Shown in pieces: positions 9,053 to 20,740 of a stretch of DNA of 64,000 bases (position 1 is the stretch's first letter; each line of letters begins with the position of its first letter). The notes below the pieces were generated by a model that saw only the letters and a list, made by a program, of their open reading frames with translations, made no database searches and was not told the origin of the DNA. The stretch is from the NCBI GenBank assembly GCA_022428005.1, contig JAKMDI010000013.1, positions 547 through 64,546 on the forward strand, read 5' to 3'. Source of the stretch: Flavobacteriaceae bacterium (GTDB lineage Bacteria; Bacteroidota; Bacteroidia; Flavobacteriales; Flavobacteriaceae). Position numbers and translations under genes: made by a program.

Positions 9053-11044
9053 ATGCAATTCCAATTAGAATCAAACTTTTCCCCTACCGGGGACCAACCT
9101 GAAGCCATTCGCCAAATTGCCGCTGGATTTTTGGGAGGTGAAAAATATGCTACTTTACAAGGTGTAACAGGTTCTGGAAAAACATTTACTGTAGCCAATG
9201 CCGTTCAAGAATTGCAACGACCAACACTGGTTTTGGCACACAATAAAACACTAGCGGCCCAGTTATACTCTGAGTTTAAGCAATTCTTCCCCAACAATGC
9301 AGTAGAGTATTTTGTGTCGTATTACGACTACTATCAACCAGAAGCCTATATTCCTACCAGCGGCTTGTATATCGAAAAAGATCTCTCTATCAACGAAGAA
9401 ATTGAAAAATTGAGATTGAGCACTACCTCATCCCTGCTCTCTGGACGTAGAGATGTATTGGTAGTGGCATCGGTTTCTTGTTTATACGGCATTGGAAACC
9501 CCTTAGAGTTTCAAAAAAATGTAATAGAAATAAAAAGTGGGGAACGCATTTCTAGAACACAACTCCTCCACAAATTGGTTCAGAGCCTCTACTCTCGCAC
9601 AACGGGTATTTTTAACCGTGGAAATTTCAGAGTCAATGGAGACATCGTCGATGTGTTCCCCGGTTATGCTGATATAGGATTTAAAATTCATTTTTTCGGA
9701 GATGAAATAGAAGAAATAGAATCTTTTGATCCTATAGAGAACAAGCCACTGGAAAAATTCGATCGGTTGACCATTTTCCCAGCCAACATGTTTGTGACTT
9801 CCCCCGACATTCTTCAAAATGCTATAATCGAAATTCAAGATGATTTGGTCAAACAGGTGGATTACTTTAACACCAACGGAAGTTTTTTGGAGGCAAAAAG
9901 ATTGCATGAACGCACAGAGTTTGATTTGGAAATGATCCGAGAATTGGGGTACTGCTCAGGAATTGAAAATTATTCGAGATACCTCGATGGCAGAGATCCT
10001 GGCACCCGTCCTTTTTGTCTTTTGGACTATTTTCCTGATGATTATTTGATGGTCGTCGATGAAAGCCATGTGACTATTTCTCAGGTCCATGCCATGTATG
10101 GAGGCGATCGGAGCAGGAAAGAAAATTTAGTGAATTATGGTTTCCGATTACCCGCCGCAATGGACAATCGCCCACTTAAATTTGAAGAATTCGAAGCCCT
10201 TCAGAATCAAGTGTTGTACGTGAGTGCCACACCAGCCGACTATGAGTTAAAACAGACAGAAGGCGTGTTTATTGAACAGGTGATTCGGCCTACTGGATTG
10301 CTCGATCCAGAGATAGAAATCAGACCCAGCTTAAATCAAATTGACGATTTAATCGAAGAAATTCAACTGCGTGTTGAAAAGGACGAGCGCACCTTAGTCA
10401 CAACCCTTACCAAAAGGATGGCGGAGGAACTGACCAAATATTTTGCAAGAGTCAATATCCGTTGCCGATACATTCATAGTGATGTGGACACCTTAGAAAG
10501 AGTAGAAATCATGCAGGATCTTCGCAAAGGATTGTTTGATGTATTGGTTGGGGTAAATCTTTTGAGGGAAGGGCTGGACTTGCCCGAAGTTTCTTTGGTG
10601 GCCATTTTGGATGCAGACAAAGAAGGTTTTTTACGAAGCCATCGCTCACTGACCCAGACCGTTGGGAGGGCAGCGCGAAATGTCAATGGCAAAGCGATTA
10701 TGTATGCAGATAAGGTCACAAATAGCATGCAAAAAACAATTGATGAAACGCTTTACAGAAGAGAGAAACAACAAAATTATAATGTAAAAAATAACATTAC
10801 ACCTACCGCCCTCAATAAATCTCTGGACAATGCACTGTCTAAAAATTCGGTGGCAACCTATGCTCAAGAAATAAAAGACAGAAAAGCTGCAGAGGCGAAA
10901 AATCGCTACCTCAGTGCTGATGAAATTAAGGAGAAAATTAGGACCTCCAGAAAAGCGATGGAAGTAGCCGCAAAAGATTTGGACTTTATCGAAGCTGCAA
11001 GGCTGAGAGATGAAATCAAATCCTTACAAAATCAGTTGCAATAA
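9053..11044 (+). CDS. uvrB: excinuclease ABC subunit B
   Basis: Walker A GVTGSGKT, DESH box (VVDESHVT), helicase C motifs, and the C-terminal UVR motif (FIEAARLRDEI). Confidence 0.97.
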   Translation: MQFQLESNFSPTGDQPEAIRQIAAGFLGGEKYATLQGVTGSGKTFTVANAVQELQRPTLVLAHNKTLAAQLYSEFKQFFPNNAVEYFVSYYDYYQPEAYIPTSGLYIEKDLSINEEIEKLRLSTTSSLLSGRRDVLVVASVSCLYGIGNPLEFQKNVIEIKSGERISRTQLLHKLVQSLYSRTTGIFNRGNFRVNGDIVDVFPGYADIGFKIHFFGDEIEEIESFDPIENKPLEKFDRLTIFPANMFVTSPDILQNAIIEIQDDLVKQVDYFNTNGSFLEAKRLHERTEFDLEMIRELGYCSGIENYSRYLDGRDPGTRPFCLLDYFPDDYLMVVDESHVTISQVHAMYGGDRSRKENLVNYGFRLPAAMDNRPLKFEEFEALQNQVLYVSATPADYELKQTEGVFIEQVIRPTGLLDPEIEIRPSLNQIDDLIEEIQLRVEKDERTLVTTLTKRMAEELTKYFARVNIRCRYIHSDVDTLERVEIMQDLRKGLFDVLVGVNLLREGLDLPEVSLVAILDADKEGFLRSHRSLTQTVGRAARNVNGKAIMYADKVTNSMQKTIDETLYRREKQQNYNVKNNITPTALNKSLDNALSKNSVATYAQEIKDRKAAEAKNRYLSADEIKEKIRTSRKAMEVAAKDLDFIEAARLRDEIKSLQNQLQ

Positions 11045-11071
11045 AAAAGCTTGGTGAGTTTCACCAAGCTT
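11043..11071 (-). terminator. intrinsic terminator for hsp20, possibly bidirectional with uvrB
   Basis: Perfect 11-bp stem AAGCTTGGTGA / TCACCAAGCTT (11047-11057, 11061-11071) with a 3-nt loop. On the minus strand it is followed by TTTTTT. Confidence 0.7.
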
Positions 11072-11092
11072 CTACAAACAAAAATTAATAAT

Positions 11093-11509
11093 TTACTTGA
11101 CGGAAATCAGTTTTTTAGGCTGTGATAATGCTTCTTCCTTTTTCGGTAGGCTAACGGTCAAAATTCCCTCTTTGTATTGGGCGCTGATTTTTTCAACAGC
11201 AACGGAGTCAGGGACATCAAATGCCCTTTTAAAAGCATTGTATCCAAATTCTCTGCGGGTAAAACTAAGTGCATCCTCTTTCGAATGCTGGTCAACCTCT
11301 GAGGAGATGGTCAAAACACCCTCCTCTAATGCAATTTTAAAGTCACCTTTTTTCTGACCCGGTGCCAGCAACTGAAGGTCAAAACGGTCGTCTGCCTCAA
11401 TGATGTTTACCGCTGGAGCATCATCGTGGACGCGGCTCCAATTGGAAGTGAGCAATAAGTCGTCTATCAAGGTGTTGAATACTGGGTTTTGTCTTTTAAT
11501 AAAATTCAT
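11093..11509 (-). CDS. Hsp20/alpha-crystallin family small heat-shock protein
   Basis: Alpha-crystallin domain: PAVNIIEADDRFDLQLLAPG...KEGILTVSLPK. Confidence 0.9.
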   Translation of the reverse strand: MNFIKRQNPVFNTLIDDLLLTSNWSRVHDDAPAVNIIEADDRFDLQLLAPGQKKGDFKIALEEGVLTISSEVDQHSKEDALSFTRREFGYNAFKRAFDVPDSVAVEKISAQYKEGILTVSLPKKEEALSQPKKLISVK

Positions 11510-11622
11510 GATTCAAAATTTTAAGTTATTATTATTTACATAACAAAACTCAAATCCCATACCAATAGAGCAATAGTGACATTGTGTCAATTATTTCAAA
11601 TAAAATACTGTCAAAATGACAA

Positions 11623-12813
11623 TTATAAAGCTTCCTGAACCATTTTAGCAGCTTCCTCAAAGGCGATCGCAGACAAGACATTGAGTCCCGAATCGTCAAT
11701 AAGCTTTTTAGCAATATCGGCATTGGTCCCCTGCAAACGTACAATAATAGGGACATTTATAGCATCGCCCATATTTTTATAGGCATCAACTATACCTTGC
11801 GCCACACGATCACAGCGAACAATACCTCCAAAAATATTTACCAAAATTGCCGCTACTTGAGGATCTTTTAATATCAATCGAAAAGCAGTTTCCACCCGTG
11901 CTGCATCGGCAGTTCCTCCTACATCCAAGAAATTAGCAGGTGCCCCTCCAGACTGTTTAATCAAATCCATGGTCGCCATTGCCAATCCTGCGCCATTGAC
12001 CATACAACCGACATTTCCGTCCAAAGCAACATAGTTTAATCCCACCTCACGAGCCTCGACCTCTGTAGGATTTTCCTCGGTTAAATCCCGAAGATCCGCA
12101 TAATCCTTATGGCGGAATAGCGCATTATCGTCTAAGGTTACTTTTGCATCTACTGCAATTATTTTATCATCGGAAGTTTTTAAAACAGGATTGATCTCAA
12201 ACAGAGAGGCATCCGCGCCGATGTAGGCGTTGTAGAGGGCTGTGATGAATTTTACCATTTCCTTAAAGGCCAATCCACTTAGGCCCAGATTAAAGGCAAC
12301 ATTGCGCGCCTGAAAACCTTGTAGCCCGTGACCTGGGTCTATCTCCTCAGTGAAAATTAATTCAGGAGTTTTCTCAGCTACCGCCTCTATGTCCATTCCT
12401 CCCTCGGTAGAATACATGATCATGTTTTTTCCAGTTGCACGGTTCAACAATACAGAAACATAAAATTCCTTGGGCTCAGAATCTCCGGGATAATAAACGT
12501 CTTCAGCGATTAAAACCTTACTGACTTTCTTTCCTTGGGGAGGGGTTTGCGGGGTAATCAATTGCATCCCTATTATGTCCCCTGAAATTGTTTTTACCTC
12601 TTCAAGACTTTTGGCCAACTTTACACCACCGCCCTTACCTCGCCCTCCAGCGTGTATTTGGGCTTTGACCACATGCCATGACGTTCCTGTATCTTTTGTA
12701 AGTTGCGCTGCAGCAGCAACTGCCTCATCAGTATTCTGTGCAACAATCCCTTTTTGGGTGGCAACACCAAAACTGGCCAATATTTCTTTCCCTTGGTATT
12801 CGTGTAAATTCAT
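11623..12813 (-). CDS. sucC: succinate--CoA ligase (ADP-forming) subunit beta
   Basis: MNLHEYQGKEIL N-terminus, ATP-grasp region, and GGIVRCD in the C-terminal CoA-ligase domain. Confidence 0.95.
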   Translation of the reverse strand: MNLHEYQGKEILASFGVATQKGIVAQNTDEAVAAAAQLTKDTGTSWHVVKAQIHAGGRGKGGGVKLAKSLEEVKTISGDIIGMQLITPQTPPQGKKVSKVLIAEDVYYPGDSEPKEFYVSVLLNRATGKNMIMYSTEGGMDIEAVAEKTPELIFTEEIDPGHGLQGFQARNVAFNLGLSGLAFKEMVKFITALYNAYIGADASLFEINPVLKTSDDKIIAVDAKVTLDDNALFRHKDYADLRDLTEENPTEVEAREVGLNYVALDGNVGCMVNGAGLAMATMDLIKQSGGAPANFLDVGGTADAARVETAFRLILKDPQVAAILVNIFGGIVRCDRVAQGIVDAYKNMGDAINVPIIVRLQGTNADIAKKLIDDSGLNVLSAIAFEEAAKMVQEAL

Positions 12814-12830
12814 CCTGTATTTTTATATTT

Positions 12831-12838
12831 CAAAAATA
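12831..12838 (-). promoter_or_regulatory. candidate Bacteroidota -7 promoter box (TATTTTTG) for sucC
   Basis: Matches TAnnTTTG on the minus strand, 17 nt upstream of the sucC ATG. Confidence 0.35.
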
Positions 12839-12953
12839 GTAAATCACTACTGAAAATTGAACATATGATAATAAGTAAAATGTTATATTTAAAACATTTT
12901 GTTTAATTTTTATAACATCTGATCTTTTAGCCATTTTAATTAAATTAACGTTT

Positions 12954-12961
12954 TAAATTTG
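12954..12961 (+). promoter_or_regulatory. candidate -7 promoter box (TAAATTTG) for lysA
   Basis: Exact TAnnTTTG, 19 nt upstream of the GTG start at 12981. Confidence 0.4.
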
Positions 12962-12980
12962 CGGTTAAATAATTGGAAAA

Positions 12981-14189
12981 GTGAAAAATAGCGATCTAAT
13001 TGATATTGCCCAAGAGTTTGGAAATCCAATATATGTATATGACTCTGAGAAAATTAAGTTTCAGTATGAAAGACTGACTTCCGCTTTTAAGGATATTGGA
13101 AGCCTGAGAATCAATTATGCTACAAAAGCATTGTCGAACCTGTCAGTACTTAAATACATGAAGCTACTGGGAGCAGGGCTGGATACCGTTTCCATCCAGG
13201 AAGTTCGATTGGGGTTGGCAGCTGGTTTTGAACCCCAGGCCATCATTTATACCCCCAATGGAGTTTCCCTAAAAGAAATTGAAGCCGTCGCACAAATGGG
13301 AGTGCAAATAAATATTGACAACCTCTCCCTATTAGAACAGTTTGGCGCCAGACATCCCAATACACCGGTATGTATTCGCATCAATCCACATGTTATGGCG
13401 GGTGGTAACAGCAACATTTCAGTGGGTCATATCGATTCCAAATTTGGAATCTCTATTCACCAAATTCCACATCTGCTCAGGATCGTTGAAAATACTGCTA
13501 TGAACATCAATGGAATTCACATGCATACCGGAAGTGACATCCTCGATATCGATGTCTTTTTACATGCTGCAGAAATACTTTTTGATACCGCCAAGCATTT
13601 CAAAAATCTTGCGTTTTTAGACTTTGGTAGTGGTTTTAAAGTTCCGTATCACGACAACGATATTGAAACCAACATCGAAGAACTGGGGGAAAAACTATCC
13701 TCTCGTTTTATTTCATTTTGTGAGGAATATGGCAGTGACCTACAACTGATCTTTGAACCAGGTAAATTTTTAGTGAGCCAGGCTGGGTATTTTGTGACCC
13801 AAGTCAATGTGGTAAAGCAGACTACATCAACCGTTTTCGCACAGGTAGACAGCGGGTTTAATCACCTCATCCGTCCCATGTTGTACGGTTCTCACCACCA
13901 CATAGAAAACATCTCTAATCCCGAAGGTAAAGAACGTTTTTACTCAGTAGTGGGCTATATCTGTGAAACGGACACCTTTGGCAGTAACCGAAAAATTGCA
14001 GAAATCAAGGAAGGCGATTTGTTGGTTTTTAAAAACTGTGGCGCCTATTGTTTTTCAATGGCCAGCAATTACAATTCTCGTTACCGACCAGCAGAAATTC
14101 TATGGCACGAGGGCAAAGCCCATTTAATCAGAAAGACGGAAAGTTTTGAGGATATTCTTCAAAATCAGGTCGAGATTAACTTCTCATAA
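12981..14189 (+). CDS. lysA: diaminopimelate decarboxylase
   Basis: PLP-dependent Orn/DAP/Arg decarboxylase fold (YATKALSN PLP-lysine region, HTGS, EPGK, CETDT). GTG start. Confidence 0.9.
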   Translation: MKNSDLIDIAQEFGNPIYVYDSEKIKFQYERLTSAFKDIGSLRINYATKALSNLSVLKYMKLLGAGLDTVSIQEVRLGLAAGFEPQAIIYTPNGVSLKEIEAVAQMGVQINIDNLSLLEQFGARHPNTPVCIRINPHVMAGGNSNISVGHIDSKFGISIHQIPHLLRIVENTAMNINGIHMHTGSDILDIDVFLHAAEILFDTAKHFKNLAFLDFGSGFKVPYHDNDIETNIEELGEKLSSRFISFCEEYGSDLQLIFEPGKFLVSQAGYFVTQVNVVKQTTSTVFAQVDSGFNHLIRPMLYGSHHHIENISNPEGKERFYSVVGYICETDTFGSNRKIAEIKEGDLLVFKNCGAYCFSMASNYNSRYRPAEILWHEGKAHLIRKTESFEDILQNQVEINFS

Positions 14190-14201
14190 AATAATTAAAC
14201 C

Positions 14202-15377
14202 CTACGCAATTACTCCCGAACCCAACAGTTCTTCCTCTTGATACCAGGCTACAAATTGCCCAGAAGTTATCGCAGATTGAGGTGCTTCAAACAAAACATA
14301 AAAAGCGTCAACTCTGGGATAAATTGTCGCCTTTTGTAAGGGCTGTCGATAACGGATTCGGGCCATGACCTCGAGGGTTTCTCCATCGGGAATTTTAAGG
14401 TCATCTCGCACCCAATGCACATCTTGGATATTGACTTTTAAAGCTTTTCGCAACAAGCCTGTGTGGTTTTTTCCTTGTCCTACATAGACAATATTTTCCT
14501 CCACATCAGTATCGATAACAAAAAGGGGGTCGGGGGTACCTCCGACAGCCAAACCTTTTCTTTGACCAATGGTAAAAAAATGAGCACCTTGATGGGTACC
14601 GACGATTTTCCCATCCGAAAATTGATACCGGATTTGTTGGGATTGTGCAGGCAAATCCACCTCCTCCTCGCTGTCTTTGTAATAGGTCTGTGGTATTTCT
14701 ATGATGTTTCCATTTTTGGGCTGCAGCTGCTGTTGTAAAAAATCGGGTAAACTCACCTTACCAATAAAACAAAGCCCTTGTGAGTCTTTCTTTTCTGCCG
14801 TTACCAAACCCAATTCACGGGCCATGGCACGCACTGCTGATTTCTCAAGGTGCCCAATCGGAAATAAAGTTTTTGACAGCTGTTCTTGGGTCAGCTGACA
14901 AAGAAAATAGGACTGGTCCTTGTTACCATCCGCTCCGCTGATCAAACGGTATAGTGTTTGCCCCTCCTGGGTCTGAAGAGTATCTTTTTGACAGTAATGC
15001 CCCGTCGCGACATAGTCTGCCCCTAGTGAAAGGGCAATTTTTAAAAAAACATCGAATTTAATCTCACGATTACACAATACATCTGGGTTGGGAGTCCTTC
15101 CAGCCGCATATTCGTCAAACATGTAGTCTACTATGCGTTCTTTGTATTCTCTACTCAAGTCAACAGTTTGGTAAGGGATTCCTAACTTTTCTGCTACCAG
15201 CATCGCATCGTTGCTGTCCTCCAACCAAGGACATTCGTCGGAAAGCGTCACGGAGGTATCGTGCCAGTTTTTCATAAAAAGACCAATGACATCGTAACCT
15301 TGTGCAATAAGTAAATGGGCCGCAATACTGGAGTCTACTCCACCAGACAAGCCCACGATCACCCTTTCCTTTTTCAT
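14202..15377 (-). CDS. mnmA: tRNA 2-thiouridine(34) synthase
   Basis: PP-loop [28 protein letters not shown]. Confidence 0.95.
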   Translation of the reverse strand: MKKERVIVGLSGGVDSSIAAHLLIAQGYDVIGLFMKNWHDTSVTLSDECPWLEDSNDAMLVAEKLGIPYQTVDLSREYKERIVDYMFDEYAAGRTPNPDVLCNREIKFDVFLKIALSLGADYVATGHYCQKDTLQTQEGQTLYRLISGADGNKDQSYFLCQLTQEQLSKTLFPIGHLEKSAVRAMARELGLVTAEKKDSQGLCFIGKVSLPDFLQQQLQPKNGNIIEIPQTYYKDSEEEVDLPAQSQQIRYQFSDGKIVGTHQGAHFFTIGQRKGLAVGGTPDPLFVIDTDVEENIVYVGQGKNHTGLLRKALKVNIQDVHWVRDDLKIPDGETLEVMARIRYRQPLQKATIYPRVDAFYVLFEAPQSAITSGQFVAWYQEEELLGSGVIA

Positions 15378-15422
15378 AAGGCAAAGTTACGCTAAGAATT
15401 TAGATTTAAAATAAATGAAAAA

Positions 15423-17255
15423 CTACTTTCGGCTGCGTCCTTTTTTTTGCTTTTCTGCTTCTTCCATCGCTTTTTGTAAACGCGCTGAAAAGCCTCCCGC
15501 CTTCCGAGGTTTCTTTTTGTTCTCCTCAATCTTGGCATGAATCTTATCATCGTTGATAATATAATTCTTAATAACCAACATCAAAAAGATGGTTAACAAG
15601 TTGGACACAAAGTAGTACAAACTCAGCCCACTGGCATAATTGTTAAAAAAGAACAACATCATAAGCGGCATCAAATACATGACGACCTTCATATTGGGCA
15701 TCCCAGGCTGCTGGGGCATGGCCTGCTGTCCCGTTGTCATCTGGGTATAAAAGAAGATAGCAATGGAGGCTAAAATCGGAAACAAACTCACGTGGTCTCC
15801 GTAAAATGGAATGCTAAAACCCAAATCCAATACAGAGTCATAGGAAGATAAATCATCGGCCCAAAGAAAACTTTTTTTACGCAATTCAAAAGCGACCGGA
15901 AAAAATGTAAACAAAGCATAAAAAACAGGAAGTTGTAACAGCGCGGGGATACATCCCGCCATGGGGTTAGCTCCAGCACGGTTATACAAACTCATGGTTT
16001 CTTGCTGACGCTTTACAGCATTGTCTTTGTACTTTTTGTTCAATTCCTCTATCTCTGGGCGCAATACCTTCATTTTAATTTGAGAAACATATGATTTATA
16101 AGTCACTGGTGACATGGCCAAGCGAACTATTACCGTCATCAGAATGATGGCAATACCATGGGGTAAAAAAGCAGACAGAAACCCAAACAAAGGCAAAAAT
16201 ACAAACCGATTCAACCATCCAAAGATTCCCCAGCCCAAAGGAATTGAAGACTCTAAATCTCTATCATATGACTTCAGCGTTTTATAGTCTGTGATACCAA
16301 AATAATATTCAAAATTACTCTTAAACTCACCCGAATCATATACTAGCGGGATTTCTAATCCAAATTTTTTGGTAAATACCTCATTCAGAGATTCGTCTTC
16401 CGTAAGACTTTTTGAGCTCACCTTTACCTGGGCCAATGGTTGCTCTGGAATTAGTATTGCACTAAAAAAATGTTGTCTAAAAGAAACCCATCTGACCTCC
16501 TCTGGAGACTCCTCATCCGTTCCAGACAATGATAAATAATCGATCTTATCACCTTCATAGCCATAGGTCAATTCCGTATACCGTCCTTCATAGTCAATGC
16601 TTTTTGAATTTCTGTAAGCATCGGTTTCCCAAGTCAATAGCGCAGGCTCGCTGCTGTCCAATAGGGAAGCAATACCTGATGATTGAACACTAAAATCGAC
16701 TAAAAAGTCATCAGCGTCAATGGCGTAAACAAATTCTAAATACTGGTTTGTGCCAATATTGGCGCGCAACGATAGGATTTGTTTTCGGTTATCAGTACTC
16801 AGGCGAGGGGTAAAATAAAAATCTTTGGTGTTGAGCCTCCTCCCATCTTTAGTTACAAATTGTATGTTAAACACATTATTACCTTCCTTTATCAACTCCA
16901 AAGGTTGGTCTAAATAATCAGTATAGTTCTTTAAACGCACCAAATTAAGGAGCCCTCCCTTGGGGTTGACTTCAAGATATAGGTCTTGATTTTCAATTTT
17001 TTGAACAACCGCCCCTTGATCCGTCATCCAATTACTAAAGATCCCAAAGGTGCTTTGTAAATTAATTTTTTGAAGGGAATCATTCAATGGAACAGCAAGG
17101 GTTTCAACCGCATCAACGGCAGCCTCCGTATTTTCGGGTGTGGCTGGTGGAATGGCGACCTCCTCGGGCTGATTGACATACAGCATCCAAGTGAGGATCA
17201 TTGCGATCAGAACGAATCCGATGAATTGGTAGGGGTCAAATCTTCTTTCTTCCAT
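15423..17255 (-). CDS. yidC: membrane protein insertase YidC
   Basis: About 610 aa with an N-terminal TM, a large periplasmic domain, a C-terminal 60-kDa insertase core (MKVLRPEIEELNKKY..., GCIPALLQLPVF) and a basic tail. Confidence 0.93.
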   Translation of the reverse strand: MEERRFDPYQFIGFVLIAMILTWMLYVNQPEEVAIPPATPENTEAAVDAVETLAVPLNDSLQKINLQSTFGIFSNWMTDQGAVVQKIENQDLYLEVNPKGGLLNLVRLKNYTDYLDQPLELIKEGNNVFNIQFVTKDGRRLNTKDFYFTPRLSTDNRKQILSLRANIGTNQYLEFVYAIDADDFLVDFSVQSSGIASLLDSSEPALLTWETDAYRNSKSIDYEGRYTELTYGYEGDKIDYLSLSGTDEESPEEVRWVSFRQHFFSAILIPEQPLAQVKVSSKSLTEDESLNEVFTKKFGLEIPLVYDSGEFKSNFEYYFGITDYKTLKSYDRDLESSIPLGWGIFGWLNRFVFLPLFGFLSAFLPHGIAIILMTVIVRLAMSPVTYKSYVSQIKMKVLRPEIEELNKKYKDNAVKRQQETMSLYNRAGANPMAGCIPALLQLPVFYALFTFFPVAFELRKKSFLWADDLSSYDSVLDLGFSIPFYGDHVSLFPILASIAIFFYTQMTTGQQAMPQQPGMPNMKVVMYLMPLMMLFFFNNYASGLSLYYFVSNLLTIFLMLVIKNYIINDDKIHAKIEENKKKPRKAGGFSARLQKAMEEAEKQKKGRSRK

Positions 17256-17260
17256 TGTTT

Positions 17261-18910
<1,650 letters not shown>

Positions 18911-18921
18911 CTAACCGGGCT

Positions 18922-18929
18922 CAAATTTA
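18922..18929 (-). promoter_or_regulatory. candidate -7 promoter box (TAAATTTG) for pyrG
   Basis: Exact TAnnTTTG on the minus strand, 32 nt upstream of the pyrG ATG. Confidence 0.4.
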
Positions 18930-18964
18930 CAAAAAAAACCAATGCTACTTCTGCCCGATTTGAT

Positions 18965-20725
18965 CTATTTCTTGAGCTCTTTGATGGCAAAATCGTCGTG
19001 TTGTAATAAAAAATATCCTGTATTCTGAAAAGTATTGTTTTCTTTTTGATATAAAAACCTACTTTCCTGATAATCGGTTTCACCAATTTCATTGATCGAT
19101 TTGAGATCACCTCGGTAAACTTTCCTCAATATCAAATCCAACACCAAATCATATGCTCTGACGGCGGTGCGGTTGGGGGGCTTGCCAAAGGTCCTGATGT
19201 AGTGATTCTGAAAATGGTTGTATTCCCCTAATTTAAGTGGCAGCCGATCTGCAGTATAAGTAAACTGAAGATCCCCCAGTTGTTTCTGCGACAAATTGCT
19301 GTTCTCATAGGCATTACTGCGATAGGTAGTAAACAACTGAACCGATCTCATATCGGTTAATTGGGCACTCATCTGGGAACTCGCACTGGATATTAACGAA
19401 AAGTCTTGGCTCTCTAAAATCACCTTGTTGGGCAATGAATCTACCAACAAGGAGTCTACGAGTTCGGGCAAAAGATAATTACTTTTTTCAGGTCGCAATA
19501 GGGTCGCCTTCGGAAACATAGCCAAAAGCTCTTTCTCAATATTTCTGTTAAGAGAATCTACCACCAAAACAATATTATCCTCCCGATTCAACGACTTGTC
19601 TAAATACTCAAACATTCTTTTTCTCAGAAAACTTTTGGGGGTCACCGATTGGAAAACAGCATTCCTTAGGGCAACTGGATTGGTGGACAGTGGCGCTACT
19701 TTTGGTACGTCTCGTAGTGTTGTTTTGGTCGATAAATAATCAAAATTGGAGGGAATCAGCGGTCCAATAATGGCATCTGTTTTTGAAAAATCATGCGATC
19801 CGACAATCTCATTGATTTTAGTGATACTGTTTTCTGTGTCAAACACATCAAGCTTAACTGTAATTCCATAATGAGTAAGGGTATCCGCTGCCAGTAATAC
19901 ACCCGCATAAAAATCTGCCGACAAGGTGTGTAAATTTCGACTTTGAAGAAGTCTTCGGGTGTCTTCAATGGAGTCATATACTATTTCCTTTGACTTAAAA
20001 GGCAGTAAAATCGATAACGACACTTCCGATTTTTTATCTATAGAATCAAGAAGGGAAATCCGCTCTACCAATAGGTCGTCTTCAATCTTAAGCCCCCCCC
20101 TGGCCTCCTGAGGAACCCGTAGGACCATCCCTACTTGTAATCCCATTTCCAATAACTTAGGATTCAATGAATCCAATACTCTTTTTGTTACACCAATTTT
20201 CTTTTCAATCCTGTAATAACCCTCTTTGGGGAGAACAGTGTAATAATTGTAGCTGCTGTCCCAAGAAGTATTTGCTGTTTCGCTCTCTGTAATTGACTCC
20301 ATCCGGGGAACAAGAATCTGCTGACCTTCTTTTAGCCCCATTCTGATGGAGGGGTTTAAGGCCTCCAACTCAGGAATAGTAATCTGAAAATTATAAGCAA
20401 TTCGCCATTTGGTTTCTTTGGGTTTAACGATATAGGGCGCTGTCGTTAATTCTTTTTTCACCAGTTTTGGTGAGGAAGGCGCAACCACAGGTTTTGGGTA
20501 AACAGGAATGCGCAATATCATCCTTCTTCTCAAACCGACCTTTTCCAGTAGCGGATTGTATTCGTTGAGTTGCTCCTCCGTGATGTTGTAATTTCTGGTA
20601 ATTCCAAAAATCGTTTCTTTTTTCTTGACCTTGTGGGAAATAAATTTTGTGGGGGTTTCCTGAGCCGCAGCAAAGCCAAGGCCTGAAATAATAAAAACAA
20701 ACGCTAAAATTAGATTCTTATTCAC
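18965..20725 (-). CDS. LysM-repeat protein fused to a periplasmic-binding-protein (type I)-like domain
   Basis: Signal peptide, three LysM-like repeats (HKVKKKETIFGITRNY..., YIVKPKETKWRIAYNF..., YTVLPKEGYYRIEKKI...), then a large PBP-like C-terminal half. GTG start. Confidence 0.75.
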   Translation of the reverse strand: MNKNLILAFVFIISGLGFAAAQETPTKFISHKVKKKETIFGITRNYNITEEQLNEYNPLLEKVGLRRRMILRIPVYPKPVVAPSSPKLVKKELTTAPYIVKPKETKWRIAYNFQITIPELEALNPSIRMGLKEGQQILVPRMESITESETANTSWDSSYNYYTVLPKEGYYRIEKKIGVTKRVLDSLNPKLLEMGLQVGMVLRVPQEARGGLKIEDDLLVERISLLDSIDKKSEVSLSILLPFKSKEIVYDSIEDTRRLLQSRNLHTLSADFYAGVLLAADTLTHYGITVKLDVFDTENSITKINEIVGSHDFSKTDAIIGPLIPSNFDYLSTKTTLRDVPKVAPLSTNPVALRNAVFQSVTPKSFLRKRMFEYLDKSLNREDNIVLVVDSLNRNIEKELLAMFPKATLLRPEKSNYLLPELVDSLLVDSLPNKVILESQDFSLISSASSQMSAQLTDMRSVQLFTTYRSNAYENSNLSQKQLGDLQFTYTADRLPLKLGEYNHFQNHYIRTFGKPPNRTAVRAYDLVLDLILRKVYRGDLKSINEIGETDYQESRFLYQKENNTFQNTGYFLLQHDDFAIKELKK

Positions 20726-20740
20726 CGTTCTGTCTTTTTG

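Noticed and set aside
11550-11756. 68-aa minus-strand ORF spanning the sucC 3' end and the hsp20 upstream region
   Set aside because: It overlaps sucC out of frame and has no features. The region is better explained as a terminator/promoter spacer.
12814-12980. Possible lysine riboswitch upstream of lysA
   Set aside because: The 167-nt spacer is almost pure A/T. It lacks the GC-rich conserved helices an L-box needs and must also hold the divergent sucC promoter.
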